NCBI GenBank assembly: GCA_023231475.1
Contig: JALJEE010002909.1
Location: 1-64,000 of the forward strand
Direction of reading: 5' to 3'
Source of the DNA: Seison nebaliae
Taxonomy: Eukaryota
DNA length: 64,000 nucleotides
Numbering within the stretch: position 1 is the stretch's first letter; the number at the start of each line of letters is the position of its first letter. The position numbers and the translations under genes are program-made. The notes under the pieces were generated by a model. The model did not search any database. It was given only the letters and a program-made list of their open reading frames with translations, and was not told the DNA's origin. Shown here in pieces: positions 48,523-62,174 of this stretch.

Positions 48523-50046
48523 TTAGCCGAAATTGAACTTGAATGTGAATCGTTGACCTCCGCCACCACCACCGCCACCACCACCACCACCACCTCCGAA
48601 CGGATTGAAGCCTTGTCCGAACGGATTGAAGCCTCTCTGTTGTTCCCTCATTTGCTCTTCGGCGTCGAGTGGATCTTCACCGTGATCGAATTTCTGTCGT
48701 TTCTCCGGATCGAGGAGAACTTCTTTCGCTGCCGCTATATCGACGAACTTCTTCTCTGCTTTCTTCTTCTCTTTCTCGTCAATGAAACGATCTGGATGGA
48801 ATTTCTTTGCCATCTTCTTATACGCTGCTTTGATATCGCTAGTTCGTGCGTTACGTTTAATACCTAAAATTTTATAATAATCTCGTTTATTCGCTTGCTT
48901 CTCCATTTTAATTGCTTTGCTCACACCATCAGATGCACGACGATCGTTTGGATTTAATTCTTTCGCTTTCTCATAATCCATTTTCGCTCGATCGAAATCA
49001 TCGTTCATAATATAAAGATCAGCTCGATTACATAATGCATCGGCATCATTGGGAGATAATTGGAGGAATTTCGTGCATTCCTCAATACCTTCATTAATAT
49101 CGTTATTCTTACTGTAACAATTACAGAGATGAAATTGGATTTTGTGATGGATCGCTCGATTCTGTGTCTCTTTTTTGAGAACGACACGTAACTTTTCTAC
49201 ACATTCGTCATATCGATTATTCTCTTCGTGACTGATGGCGGACGTCATCAATTTATTGATTTGTTTCACCTTCTTATAATGTTGGAAACAATTTTTATGA
49301 TCTGGATCTAATCGGAGACATTCTCGAATTTCATTTAATGACGTCGAATAATCGCCAATTCGATAATAGATCAATGATAATTCGAGCAACATGTCCATAT
49401 TATCAGTCAACATTTTCGAAGCGGATTTCAAATCAGCTGCCGCTTTATGTAAATCGCCTTCATGTTTATAACAACGACTTCTCAATTCGCGCACATAAGC
49501 GTCCCATGGACAGGCGTCAATTAATTGTGTCAATAATCGGATTGCGTACTCACAATCTTTATTCATATTCCTCTCGGCAGTCAATAATAATTGATGTAAT
49601 GATTGTATTTGATGGATTTGTTCGTTCGCTTCCCCATCGAATTCTTTGTCGCCCACCAACTTTTTGAATTCTTCTTGAGATGCGGAAAATTCGCCCATCT
49701 TCAAATGAGTCAAGGCTTTCTCGTTTCGAGCCGAACTGAAATTGGGCCTCAATTCTAATACTCGTCCCAAATCGTCCAGAGCATTCTTCATGTTACCCAT
49801 ACTCAAATAAACTGTTGCACGACGGTATAATGCCAAATAATGGTCGGGATTGGTATCGATGACTTGATGGAAATGTTGGAGAGCGTTGGCCATTTGTCCC
49901 GCCGCCAACAATTCGGTGCCTTTCCGCAAATGAAGTTCTACGATTTCATCAACGTTATTACATCGTATTCCTGGAATTTCGAAGATCAAATGATTCACTA
50001 ATGAAATTAGTATTATATCGAATATTCTATTCAATCTCATAAACAT
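48523..50046 (-). CDS. DNAJC3: DnaJ homolog C3 (P58IPK): signal peptide, TPRs, C-terminal J domain; intronless
   Basis: [52 protein letters not shown]; likely ATG at 50046 or 50040. Confidence 0.95.
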   Translation of the reverse strand: MFMRLNRIFDIILISLVNHLIFEIPGIRCNNVDEIVELHLRKGTELLAAGQMANALQHFHQVIDTNPDHYLALYRRATVYLSMGNMKNALDDLGRVLELRPNFSSARNEKALTHLKMGEFSASQEEFKKLVGDKEFDGEANEQIHQIQSLHQLLLTAERNMNKDCEYAIRLLTQLIDACPWDAYVRELRSRCYKHEGDLHKAAADLKSASKMLTDNMDMLLELSLIYYRIGDYSTSLNEIRECLRLDPDHKNCFQHYKKVKQINKLMTSAISHEENNRYDECVEKLRVVLKKETQNRAIHHKIQFHLCNCYSKNNDINEGIEECTKFLQLSPNDADALCNRADLYIMNDDFDRAKMDYEKAKELNPNDRRASDGVSKAIKMEKQANKRDYYKILGIKRNARTSDIKAAYKKMAKKFHPDRFIDEKEKKKAEKKFVDIAAAKEVLLDPEKRQKFDHGEDPLDAEEQMREQQRGFNPFGQGFNPFGGGGGGGGGGGGGGQRFTFKFNFG

Positions 50047-51112
50047 TGCGCCGATTGATCCTGATTCATTTAAGTGGAGACTTCTCGTCCCAATGCAAAA
50101 GTGAATTGTCCTTCCTTTCTTCCTCCAGAACAAGGTAAGAATTGAGTAAATTAGAAAATCCAAATGAAAAAATTGTAAACGAAAAATTCTTCTTTTCAAA
50201 TATTCATTTAAGGTAGTCGTGTTCAATTTTGATTCGTTGATTCGCTTCTCTACTCGTCTTCATCATTCCGTTCGGTTAGTGTCCCACTTCGATTCTGTTC
50301 CCCGAATTTTTAGCCTGATAACCTAATGATCGGTCATCATTACCAACTTACCCCGATTGACACTCTTATTCTACGTCATTCCTAATTCACATTCACAATA
50401 ATTATTTATTCTCTATTTGACGACATTTCTCAAAATTAATCATAAGTTTTATTTGAAGATAAATGTAAATGAGATTATATATCCTCCCACTCTTCACATC
50501 AAACAAATCTGTATACATAACTCATTTCTTTCCATTTCACCATTTATCTGCAAATTTGATTCATATATAACTATAATTCCACACATATACACATTTCATA
50601 TACATACACGCATATATATAGTAAAAAATTCAACGTCCTCTGGTCAGTTAGTTATAAATTTCTATAAAACTAGTCATAACTTCTGTCTAATTAAACCATT
50701 TTTTATACATAAAAATAACCATATACAAGCTGTTTATAAGACAGTACGAAAAAAAAGATTTGAATAAAATTAAATATTTAATGCATTAATTACCCATTTT
50801 TCTCTCTCTCTTTCTTGTTCTCCTTCTGAAATTATTACTCTTTACAATACAAAATAAATTGATGAATTGACCACGTTACTATTGAACATTTTTCAAAGTT
50901 GATGGTGTTTTTCATTTACGGATCAACTGTAAATTATTTTAGATTGCGGTTTGCTTTATTAAAATCGCCACCGTCGAAAATCATACTGGGCAATGATTCA
51001 CCCTGTTTCCACATTAAAAGGCTTTCATATATATTTATAGGGCAATCTATGCATGTCCTTGAACTCATTTAAAAATGTATAGATCCTTAAAAATAATATC
51101 TAACAATATTAC

Positions 51113-51913
51113 TAGTGCTGTTCACATGAACACGAATAAAAATGGACTGTTCTCGAATATAATTGTGATGTCTGGTTTTTGAAAATCAGTTGAACGAGAA
51201 CGAAATACATTGCTCTTATCAATACGGTTCGAACGAATGTTCTCATTTCGTTCGCGAACGCTTTCTATAAAAATTTTATAAAAATTTTACAAAATTTCTC
51301 AGAAAAAATAAAAAATGAATCAAATGACATGTATACAGTAACAGTTTGGATAGTTATGAAAATATTTATATTTACAAAATGAATGAAGAAAATTTTAGTC
51401 GTAGAAAAAATTCAACGCTAGCGACTTGTTATCGTGAAGAAATGTTAAATTGGATCAGTTCTCATAGGTGAGACAATTTCTTTTCCGGGTATAAATATTC
51501 CCCGCCGATGAGAACATTTGTTCCCACTTTAAAGAATTTGTGGAGATGCAATTAATTTCCTTAGCAATTTTATAAAGAATGGGCAAAGTTTTTTGGTTTC
51601 TTAACCAATATTCTTCGAAACTTTCATGTTTCAAACGCTTACATTCGATGGAATACCTAGCCATATCATCCAATAAATCCTGATTCTCTTCAACCTTTCC
51701 TTGTATAGCGTTGAATTTTATCTTGGAATTTTTTTTGGGAAATTTTGCAAAATTTTTATAGAAAGCGTTCGCGGACGAAATGAGAACATTCGTTCGAACC
51801 GTATTGATAAGAACAATGTATTTCGTTCTCGTTCAACTGATTTTTAAAAACCAGACATCACAATTATATTCGAGAACAGTCCATTTTTATTCGTGTTCGT
51901 GTGAACAGCACTA
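51113..51913 (-). mobile_element. Non-autonomous hAT DNA transposon (internal deletion derivative, 801 bp)
   Basis: About 175-bp near-identical TIRs (TAGTGCTGTTCAC... / ...GTGAACAGCACTA); 8-bp flanks AATATTAC (51105-51112) and AATATTAT (51914-51921); internal hAT dimerisation-domain fragment YW...LPILYKIAK...EQMFSSAG...KRNCL (51455-51673). Confidence 0.92.
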
Positions 51914-52876
51914 AATATTATCTTATGATTATGTTAATCTGCATTTAAAATTGAAATAAGTTTGAATAAATATTAATCATTTTTCCGGATGCTGTTACTT
52001 TCACCCCGAATTACTTTCTCCCCGAAAAAAAAAATTGAAGAGAAAAATGAGATTTTAAGGGTTTTTTCCTCATTGAAAATTAACGAAGTAGGATTCATTC
52101 GAAAGAGCATAAAATTCTCAACTAACTGTAGGTCGTTAGACCGTTGAATCAGCTGGTGACGGTCAGATCTTACAGATTCCTTATCTGTTTTACAATTATT
52201 AACGGTCGCAATATTCCAACTAATGGAAGTCCGAAGAAATGAGAAGACTGATGGACAGACCATCATACAATCATAGTTGTTTGTTATATTGTTAGATGTT
52301 TCCAGTGCGGAAATCTGAACTTTTTAATTATGACATTAGTTACTCCAAATTATTTTCCTGAAAAAATTAATTTAAACGAAATTCCTTTTGTTGTTGTTCT
52401 AGAATCTAGACAACTAACATCTTTAGTCTGGACTAAAAATTGTAAAATGTAATTTTTTTATAATGTTCCAACTGGTGGTATAAATTTATTTGCTTTTATT
52501 CGTTAATATGTTTAATTATTGTTAAGTTTGAAGTGATTTTGAAGATTAATTTTAAAATAATTTTAATTTTATTTTACATAACTTCATATTTCTCTCATGT
52601 GTCGGTGTTAAATTAATGTTCCATTAGTCGACCACCAATTAATTATAATATATATAAATAATTGGATTAGACTAAAATAACGTAGAAAATAAAGAAATGT
52701 TGGTGAATGTATGTAATCTTTAGAGTTCAATAGCTGATAAAATATGTTGTTAAGCTAAAATTTTTCAAAATCAAAATTTTCAAACTCTCAATCGTCAATT
52801 GTCCAGCACTTTCAATTTCCTTTCGGTTAACGATAAACTCATAATCAAGAAAAATGATAAGGAAATAATTGACGTG

Positions 52877-53882
52877 ATGGTAGATGAATTCCAATGTTCG
52901 ATATGTTATGAAAATAAGTCAAATGATAAAATTCACTTCGAGGTTTTTTCACATTTTCTAATTTGGAAGTACACAATTAGTTAATTCGGATTATAACTGA
53001 TAATTTCAGTGCAGGAACAATCACAAAATTTGTGAATTGTGTCGACTATCACTACAATCACACGTGAATTGTGGCGGTAACGATGGATTACTAAAATGTC
53101 CACAATGTCGAAATGAAGGAATGAAATTGCAAAACTTGCCTCGTTACGATGGGAATCGATGTGCCGAACATCAGTTCTTGTGTATTTCAACTATACGAAA
53201 AACTAATAATGAAATTGTGAGTAACTCAATAAAAAGTTGGAGTTGAATATTAAAATGACTGACCTTTCTCCTCGATATTGAAACAGAAATATTTCAACTT
53301 GTAAACTTGAAAGAATTCTTTAAAAGAAACAAAAATTTCCGTTACAAAAAACAGGAAGAATATGACGTGGTGTATTGTGGGAGAATGGATGAGACGGTGA
53401 TAATGTTATCGTTAAATAGGAAGAAAAAAGAAAAATTATTTATTAAATTACGACAATCGCCGTTACATTTTGACGAGGAAGCCATTCGTCTTCAATCGGC
53501 GGCTAACATTATCGCTTATGACGCTGTAAAGAAACGATTTATTCGATATGAAAGACAGATAATTGAAAAAGATGATATTCACAATAGTATTTTAACGAAT
53601 TATCAATTGATTGTTAAACTACCTACCGATTATCACCAATTCAATTATCAAATACTTTCTAAACAGTTATCCGAATTTACTAATCTGGATAAGATGATGA
53701 TAAAGAACCATCGTTTCAATCACATCGATTTCTCTCCAAATTCCCAACAAATTTATTTCACCGAATGGATACCATTATTTTATGGGAACATGATGAAAGA
53801 GGAGGAACATGAGAAATTCTTGCTTAACCTCTGCTCATTTGGAGAATTGGAAATGTGTTTAGAGTTCAAAACAACTGAATGA
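52877..53882 (+). CDS. RING-finger (C3HC4-type) protein, unknown family
   Basis: Intron 52943-53009 joins CSIC to C.NNH.ICELC...CPQC; a second intron ending at 53286 joins ORF 53307-53882. Confidence 0.65.
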
Positions 53883-54596
53883 AATTTTATTTATTTTCAA
53901 ATAAACAAAATTAATTCGTTTGTCACATTAAACATGAGAATGGGTCGAATAAGCTTATGAAGAGAATTACATATATTTAACTGTTTATCATCGTTCGATG
54001 AAAAAGTAAACGAATCATAAATATCGGACCATCACACTACGTAAATATATTGTGTCTATTAACTTTCTATTTAATTCTAATGAAATATTTTTCCACGTTC
54101 GAAAAGAAAGAGAATGTAAAAATTAATTTATGATTCAATAGTCTGTGTGTTCTATACACGTCTAATCGCTCATTTGAAATAGGTCAATTTCGTTACGTTC
54201 CTCCACACTCATCTCTATATTTGGGGAATTGCATTTCTCCTTCCTGTATCATTATCATCATCATCATCTAGAATCAAATGACGACTGAGAGAATTGAATA
54301 GGAAAAGAAACTGGTAAAAATGAGTTATTTAAATGAGACGAGAAGGGAAAAATTGTAAAAAAAAAGAAATAGGGATTAATGAAAAAACTCGTAAAAGTTG
54401 TCGTTGTTGTTGTTGGAAAGAGGAAAGACAAGTGAGATATGTTTTGATAAATTAACGGAGAGTGGAATGAATTGAGAATGGAAGTGCAATGTCTTTTTTT
54501 AAAAAGTTCAAATGAGATAAAGTTTGAAAAAGAGGAAGAAAAAATAATTTGGAAGAAAAAGAAATTGTGGAATGAAAGTGAATCATTGGCTCTTAA

Positions 54597-57158
54597 ATGG
54601 AAATGGGCGGAATTGGAGTTTGTCTAGTGCTGCCAATTCTTCGATGTCGAGTGTATGAGACACAGAAACTGGATGACGACAGACTCCTGGGATGGATCAC
54701 GTATCAGAATTGGAGGAGATATTGGACGTGTTTGATGCAACCGTTTTACGACAATTTCCATGAAAGATTCGAAGATACAAAAATTTATTTCGTCAAATAT
54801 TGGCTCATCCGTCAGCGATTTCTTCTCCGCGTTTATTTATGGAATTATACGAATGACTCCGATGAGAGTGTCAGTCATTTTAATCGATTAGTGGGAAAAT
54901 ACGAGAAATATTTCAATGAATTAATTTGGATGCATTTATCGTTTGCACCGGAAGGACGACCGAAATTAGTTTTTGGAATATCCGTAAATGATGGAAATGA
55001 TGATATTTATACGGAATCGAATGGCAAAGCCGAACGAATGCAACAGATGATGAAATGGAGGAATTTCAGATACAAACCATTTCTCAGCTCCAATTTCCGT
55101 GAGTCGTTATTCAATCGGATATCGGAACGGAAAGCCGTCAATGATTATTTGAAACAATCATTAAGATATACGAAAATGTCATTTGAAGCACAAATGGTGA
55201 AAAAAGAGAAAGAACGTGAAGAGGACGATGTGCATCATAAGTGCACCAAATCGTGCATACACAATGCAGATGCGATTATTCAACATTTCCAATTGATCTC
55301 ATTCTTTCCAATGAAACACATTCCTCTACTCATCGGTTTCCGTCGAATCAAACAATCGTATCTTCTCCGAAAATCTCATCTTCTCATCAGAGAATCGAAT
55401 GGTGAGAAGAAGAAAAAGATTGAGACGGTGGACGAAGTGAAAACGACGAAAGGAAAACGTGGACGTCGATCGAAAGATGTGGCAGTGAAAAAGGCGAAAA
55501 TTATCGAAGAGACAATCATTCCCAAACGATCGATGTGTTCGAGAAATGTTGAAGGATTTTGTCTCGCTGATTATACGGATTTTACGAACGTTTATCATTT
55601 CATTGAATATGTAACGCCATGTGGATTGCGATTGTATTCGACTGGTGAAGTTGCTCATTTCTTAGAGATGGCAAATGCCGATAATGTTCAGATTGAAATG
55701 TTTTCGTTCGATGCCGAATATGATTGTACGTCCGTACATTATTTTAGTGATGATATTTACTTCGACAAATGGATCAAAACGAATGAATATGTGCCACAAT
55801 CCCCAATAATATATCCAATGATTCGAATCGAAAATGATTTATATGAAGAAATGCGAAGAATCTCTTACAATTATGTCCATGAACGATTAATTACAAAGAA
55901 CGTTCCGAAAGAAACGTTCGATGAGAAATTCCTTTGTTCTTGTTCATGTACCGATGATTGTAGTGACGTTCTCAGTTGTGAATGTCAACAATTGACATTT
56001 GAAGGAACAAGTATCTATAAACCATTGAAACATTTGCCATTTTATTCAGGTGGTCGATTATCACAATTAATTCCTACCGCTGTCTTCGAATGTAACAAGA
56101 ATTGTTCGTGTAAGAAAAATCGATGTCAAAATCGAGTGTCACAAAAAACAGAATTATTACCATGTATGAAAATCGAACGGACGTCCAATAAAGGTTTAGG
56201 CGTATTTGCCCAAGAACGAATTGAACGTGGAACATTATTGGGAACATATCACGGTCTCCTTCTCACTGATGATGACGGTGATTTCGTCGGATTGAAATAT
56301 GGCGATGAATATATGGCGGATTTGAATTTCTGTGAATTGTCCGATATTCTCCATCGTCATCAATTGAAACGACGCATTTTTTATGCTTTGAAAGCGAGAT
56401 TTAAAAAGAACGAAACATTGTTGGAGGAATGTATTATCAAATTTATCGATTCAGATGAATTACGAATTATGATTCGTGGAAATGAACCACATAGAAATAA
56501 TGAGATCGAACGTCAAGAATTGAGGAAGAAGACACAACGTCACAAACAATCGTTGGATCATTATCGGAATGAATCTGTTATCGAAAAAGAGGAAATGAGT
56601 GAGGATGACGAAGATGAAATTAGCACGATTTCAACACCATCAACTCCCAGTTCGAGTGAAGAAATTTCTTCGTCTTCTAAAATCGATGACGATGAAATTG
56701 AATGTCTCAATATTACCATCGATAATGGAGAAATGAGTCAAGCTAAATTGAAGAAAGATGCAGCCAGATTATATCGAGAGAGAGCAGCGGAATTGAAAGT
56801 GGCGAGATTGAAAACGAAAGCACGTAAATTGATCGATACGGCGATCGATACACTCCGAAATAAATTGCTCATGTCATTCCACGAATATCTGCGGAAAGAA
56901 TATTATACGATCGATGCGAAAAGATATGGAAGTCTTGGTCGATTCTTCAATCATAGTTGTGATCCGAATGCATTCATTCAGAATGTTTTCGTAGATACAC
57001 ATGATGTTCGCTTTCCTTGGATTGTATTGTTTGCCGCTCGAACCATTGAAGTTGGTGAGGAGATCTGTTGGAATTATAATTATTCCGAAGAACCGGTAGA
57101 AGGAAAACGTGTCGATTGTTTGTGTGGAGCGAAAAAATGTGTCGGACGTTTATTATGA
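54597..57158 (+). CDS. SETDB1: Histone H3K9 methyltransferase SETDB1/eggless-like; intronless
   Basis: MBD YVTPCGLRL..GEV..FL, pre-SET CSCTDDC...VFECNKNCSC..CQNRVSQ, bifurcated SET (GDEYMADL...IDAKRYGSLGRFFNHSCDPN), post-SET CLCGAKKCVGRLL. Confidence 0.92.
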   Translation: MEMGGIGVCLVLPILRCRVYETQKLDDDRLLGWITYQNWRRYWTCLMQPFYDNFHERFEDTKIYFVKYWLIRQRFLLRVYLWNYTNDSDESVSHFNRLVGKYEKYFNELIWMHLSFAPEGRPKLVFGISVNDGNDDIYTESNGKAERMQQMMKWRNFRYKPFLSSNFRESLFNRISERKAVNDYLKQSLRYTKMSFEAQMVKKEKEREEDDVHHKCTKSCIHNADAIIQHFQLISFFPMKHIPLLIGFRRIKQSYLLRKSHLLIRESNGEKKKKIETVDEVKTTKGKRGRRSKDVAVKKAKIIEETIIPKRSMCSRNVEGFCLADYTDFTNVYHFIEYVTPCGLRLYSTGEVAHFLEMANADNVQIEMFSFDAEYDCTSVHYFSDDIYFDKWIKTNEYVPQSPIIYPMIRIENDLYEEMRRISYNYVHERLITKNVPKETFDEKFLCSCSCTDDCSDVLSCECQQLTFEGTSIYKPLKHLPFYSGGRLSQLIPTAVFECNKNCSCKKNRCQNRVSQKTELLPCMKIERTSNKGLGVFAQERIERGTLLGTYHGLLLTDDDGDFVGLKYGDEYMADLNFCELSDILHRHQLKRRIFYALKARFKKNETLLEECIIKFIDSDELRIMIRGNEPHRNNEIERQELRKKTQRHKQSLDHYRNESVIEKEEMSEDDEDEISTISTPSTPSSSEEISSSSKIDDDEIECLNITIDNGEMSQAKLKKDAARLYRERAAELKVARLKTKARKLIDTAIDTLRNKLLMSFHEYLRKEYYTIDAKRYGSLGRFFNHSCDPNAFIQNVFVDTHDVRFPWIVLFAARTIEVGEEICWNYNYSEEPVEGKRVDCLCGAKKCVGRLL

Positions 57159-57793
57159 GGAATTAATTATCATTAAAAGATTTGATGAAAGGAATGGATA
57201 GGAACAATATCATAATCATCACAATTCTTTCTTTCTCTCTTTCTCTCTCTCTTTTTTTCAACTTTTTAAATCAATTTTAATTCATTTCAACTATAGTTTA
57301 CTTTCATCTTTACATCTCATCCTTCTCCCAATCGCCATAAGATTTTTTTTTTTAATTTTTCTTCACTATTTTTTGAAAAGTTTCTACAACAACAATAACA
57401 ACAATTTTATTCGATAAATTTTCAAAGAATATTTTCAATTCTTTTCACATTCTCCTTTTATATACAAGAAATTTTCATAATTAAAAAAAAAACTTTAAAG
57501 AATTTTTCATTTGTCTCCTTTTCTTTTTTAATATCATTTTCTTTCCTCCCAAAATTTCATTCTTTCAATTCATTCATATATGGACAATCGTTCTTTCTAT
57601 TAAAATTCTTTCTCTTTAGATTGATCTAATCATTTATGTAATTGTCTATTCTAAATTATTTTCTGCTTCATATTTCGTGTAAGAGTTGCTGAATTTCGAT
57701 TGGCTCAAAATGATGATACTCTCCACAATGAGAATTGTATTTAATTTTCGGACTTATCTAATATCAGAAAGAGCGCGAGTATTTCGAAGAAAT

Positions 57794-58594
<801 letters not shown>

Positions 58595-59044
58595 ATTGTC
58601 TCTCTCATAATTCATAACATTCTCTCCGTTCATCATTAATTTCACTTCTAATATCTCACACGTTTTCCCAATCATCATTTATTCTCAAAATTGTTTACTA
58701 ACAATTTTACTTTTGTTTTTTTTCCTTTTAAAAAGAACATTTGGGCATATGGAGTGGGCCATACGTGAAATGTGGGAAGGTGGAGAATTGGAATGAAATT
58801 TGGAGGATTAGTAAATTCAAATTTGAAGCTTTTCCTTGAGAGAAATGAAAAAAATAAATTCCTTCAATCGCGTCATTCCATCTAATGTGTTTGAGTGTGG
58901 ACGGTAATAGTATGAGTGCCATTGAAATTTAAATTGCTATTTTTTTCTTGATAAATTTTTGAAGAATAAATTTTTATTAATTCATTTGTGTTGGTAAGAA
59001 ATCTCATTGAATAGGACGTCGGTGTGAGAGGGAAAGACAGACTG

Positions 59045-61873
59045 ATGGAATTGAATGAGAAAAAAGACAAAACTGGAAAAAATGTGAATTATATTCAAAT
59101 GGAGAATTCGTCCGTTGCCAAGTCATCTGCTTTCCTCAATGATGATGTGGTAAACGACGAAGAAGACGAACATCAGTTGTTGGATTCGGAGAATGGTGTG
59201 GACAAACGGAAAAATTATGGTACGTTAAATCGGAAAAAATCGTTCGATTCTGATGAGAATATATCGTCGTCCTCTCCGTCTTCATCCGATCTTGATGATG
59301 ACGATGATGATGATGATGATGATGAAATTAGACATTTGAAAATTTCATTGAATAATGTGAATAAAAAACGACGTTCCTCCAATCATTCATCGACCGAAGT
59401 AACTTCATCATCAACATCTTCCACTTGTTCGTCCAAATGTATATCATCATCATCATCTGATGCGGTCACTTTATTTGTGAATGGTGAAAGAAATGATGAA
59501 GAGGAAGAAGTTATGGAGGAATCGTTAAACGATATAAACGGAAATTTAATGGATGAAATGGAAATGGAAAAGATGGAAAAGATGGAAGAGAATGAAGAAA
59601 AGAAGAAGGAATTGATGAAAGAAAATGTGTCGATAATGGGAAAAGATAATTTGAATTCGATAGAAAAAAATCGGAAAAGAAATCGATTACGAAAACGACT
59701 CGATCGATTCGATCAATTCAGAAGATCAGATGCCTCTTGTTCCTCACTCATTTCGTCAGCATCTTCAGTGAAAACGACGAAAACAACTTGCGATACTGAT
59801 CGATCATTGGACGAGATCGATCGAGTAATCAATCGATTGGAAGATATGAAATTAAAGGAGAAATTTAAGGGAATATGGAATGAGGAGAAAAAAACGGATT
59901 CCATTTTAACTTCCATCGATCCCGAACAAGATCATCTGAATGAGAGTTTCGTTCGCGAATTGAATGAGACTGATTGTGAAATGGTAAGAATCGAATCGGA
60001 AGTTCAACATCGCGAACTCCAACGAAGAAGGAACAAACGGAACATTCTCCAGGAATTCAAGGACGCTCATACCGATGAACGGAAAAATGATGAGACATTG
60101 AATAAAGTGACGGCGTTAATGAAGAGAAGGAAAGAGAAGATGAAATTGAATAAATTTCATGAAGAGTTAAAAGAGAATGAAAGTCGTTCGTCGTCGGAAT
60201 CGTCAATGGAACATCGTCAATCGATGGTAGGAAATGATGATGGTGATTATTCGTTAAGTGTCGCATCGGATTACGAGGACATTTATTCGATATCTGATGA
60301 ACAACATCAATTCTACTCTAATTTATTCCAACGATTACAACCTAATAAAGATGGTTTAGTACCATTCAATATCGTCAATTGCGTCTTCCAACGATCACGA
60401 CTTCCTGACAACGAATTGTTGCTCATACGTCAAATGGCGGAAGTGGAAAACAAAGAATTTTTATGTCTCAACGAATTCATTTCTGCTATGCATCTGGTGG
60501 TGTTGCGAAAGAACCGTTATGCGATTCCTGCAAAATTCCCACAAATCCTTCGAACAACAATCGATTCTCATCGGATTGATGAGAAGATGATTATTCCTAA
60601 CAATACAACGATTATGAAGAATGGAGAAGAAGAAGAAGAAGAACGAAGAAAATCGATGGAACAAGATGATTATTCGATAGAAAATGATGGAAATGTATCA
60701 TCATATAATATGTGTCATTATGATACGATTCCATTCATTGTTTCCAATCAGACGTCGGATGAACATCATAATAAATTTTGGAAAGATATTCTCCAACAAT
60801 CGACGACCGATTATTATGATTTACATGAAACAAATGGAAATCAATCATCTTCAATTATTCCTGCATCAATCTCATACGATTCCGTCAATACAACCCCCGT
60901 AAATATGACGAATAAGAAGTTCTCTAATTCCAATGAAAGTTTAATAGGAATTCCATCACAATTCTCATGTGAACGACCCACCACCGTTTGTCGACCAGTT
61001 CCAATTGTCAATTCGGGCGATGAGAAGAGGATCGATAATCGTTGTAAACTTTTATCATCCAATCATTATTTCTCTCAGGAATTATATCAAATTCGATCGA
61101 CCGCTTTTCGTCTCTTGCCACCAAAATCGACGTTAACTTCAAAGAATTTGATCGATTCTAAATCGGATTATCATACGACGAAACCACATTATCTTCCTGC
61201 AATCACCAATTTCCCATCAAATTATAAGAGATTGAAAATTTTAGAGAAACAAACTAACAATGGGAAATGTTTTGATAATGAAGTCAAATCGACGAAAGGA
61301 CATCGTAAATCTCAGAGTGTCGATTTCTGTCTCCTCTTAAATGGTGAGGAGAAATCGAAGAGTTTGAATTCCAGTCTCATACAATCGTCATCAACTAATC
61401 CAACAAATAATAATCAGAAAACGCCACCCATTATCCCACCAAGACCAAACCAGACACCTCATCGTGCCAGGAAACAATCCATTAACAATCAACCGACAAC
61501 CTTCCAAATTAATACGAGCGGTTCAACTCCCGTCATCGGTAGCCACTCAAAACCGTCTCGAAATGACGAGAGTGATATGTTGAAAATGAATGAGATTTCC
61601 GTCGAAACGGAAAATGTTGTGAACGGTTTCGATGTACACGCATCTCGTGAACGATTGAGAAAGACATTGATTGACTGTCAGATGTTGTTGCTACAGAAGA
61701 ATGATGACGTTCATCATATGGAAACGATTGAGAAAGTGTTAAAAAATGCGACACGTGTACATCGTCAACAAAACGAGAATTTGAGATGGTTTTTGAAGAA
61801 ACAACGACAAGATTTATTTCAATTACAGCAGCAAAATTTATTGTTGTTGCAGCAGAATTTGACTGAAAAGTGA
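59045..61873 (+). CDS. REPS1/2-like EH-domain endocytic adaptor; intronless
   Basis: EH domain (about 60284-60545) YSISDEQHQFYSNLF...SRLP..EL..I...EFISAMHLVVLRKN; HRKSQSVD; PPIIPPRP; C-terminal coiled coil. Confidence 0.8.
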   Translation: MELNEKKDKTGKNVNYIQMENSSVAKSSAFLNDDVVNDEEDEHQLLDSENGVDKRKNYGTLNRKKSFDSDENISSSSPSSSDLDDDDDDDDDDEIRHLKISLNNVNKKRRSSNHSSTEVTSSSTSSTCSSKCISSSSSDAVTLFVNGERNDEEEEVMEESLNDINGNLMDEMEMEKMEKMEENEEKKKELMKENVSIMGKDNLNSIEKNRKRNRLRKRLDRFDQFRRSDASCSSLISSASSVKTTKTTCDTDRSLDEIDRVINRLEDMKLKEKFKGIWNEEKKTDSILTSIDPEQDHLNESFVRELNETDCEMVRIESEVQHRELQRRRNKRNILQEFKDAHTDERKNDETLNKVTALMKRRKEKMKLNKFHEELKENESRSSSESSMEHRQSMVGNDDGDYSLSVASDYEDIYSISDEQHQFYSNLFQRLQPNKDGLVPFNIVNCVFQRSRLPDNELLLIRQMAEVENKEFLCLNEFISAMHLVVLRKNRYAIPAKFPQILRTTIDSHRIDEKMIIPNNTTIMKNGEEEEEERRKSMEQDDYSIENDGNVSSYNMCHYDTIPFIVSNQTSDEHHNKFWKDILQQSTTDYYDLHETNGNQSSSIIPASISYDSVNTTPVNMTNKKFSNSNESLIGIPSQFSCERPTTVCRPVPIVNSGDEKRIDNRCKLLSSNHYFSQELYQIRSTAFRLLPPKSTLTSKNLIDSKSDYHTTKPHYLPAITNFPSNYKRLKILEKQTNNGKCFDNEVKSTKGHRKSQSVDFCLLLNGEEKSKSLNSSLIQSSSTNPTNNNQKTPPIIPPRPNQTPHRARKQSINNQPTTFQINTSGSTPVIGSHSKPSRNDESDMLKMNEISVETENVVNGFDVHASRERLRKTLIDCQMLLLQKNDDVHHMETIEKVLKNATRVHRQQNENLRWFLKKQRQDLFQLQQQNLLLLQQNLTEK

Positions 61874-62174
61874 ATTGAAAGAGATGCGGGAGGAAGTAAG
61901 AAAATGACATTAATTACTTGAAACTCATTTTTTTTTTCTCATTTTCAGTTTCTATATAAATTTTATTCGAATTTCTTCTTCCATCATTAATTAACAGTGA
62001 ATTAAGAGGAATTAACTCTTTTTTCCACATCCATTTTGCCCTTCTTCCATGTAACTTCTTTTTTACAGTCTTTTCTGATTGAATATCTTTTCACACATGA
62101 AAGTTGATAAAGAAACTTTAAATATTGAAGTAAATCATTTGAAGAAACGATTAAAAGGTTTTTAGAAGAAAAAG

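Noticed and set aside
50339..50356. ATTACCAACTTACC loosely resembles my recollection of a rotifer spliced-leader exon
   Set aside because: No AG|GT donor or Sm site follows, and the match is short.
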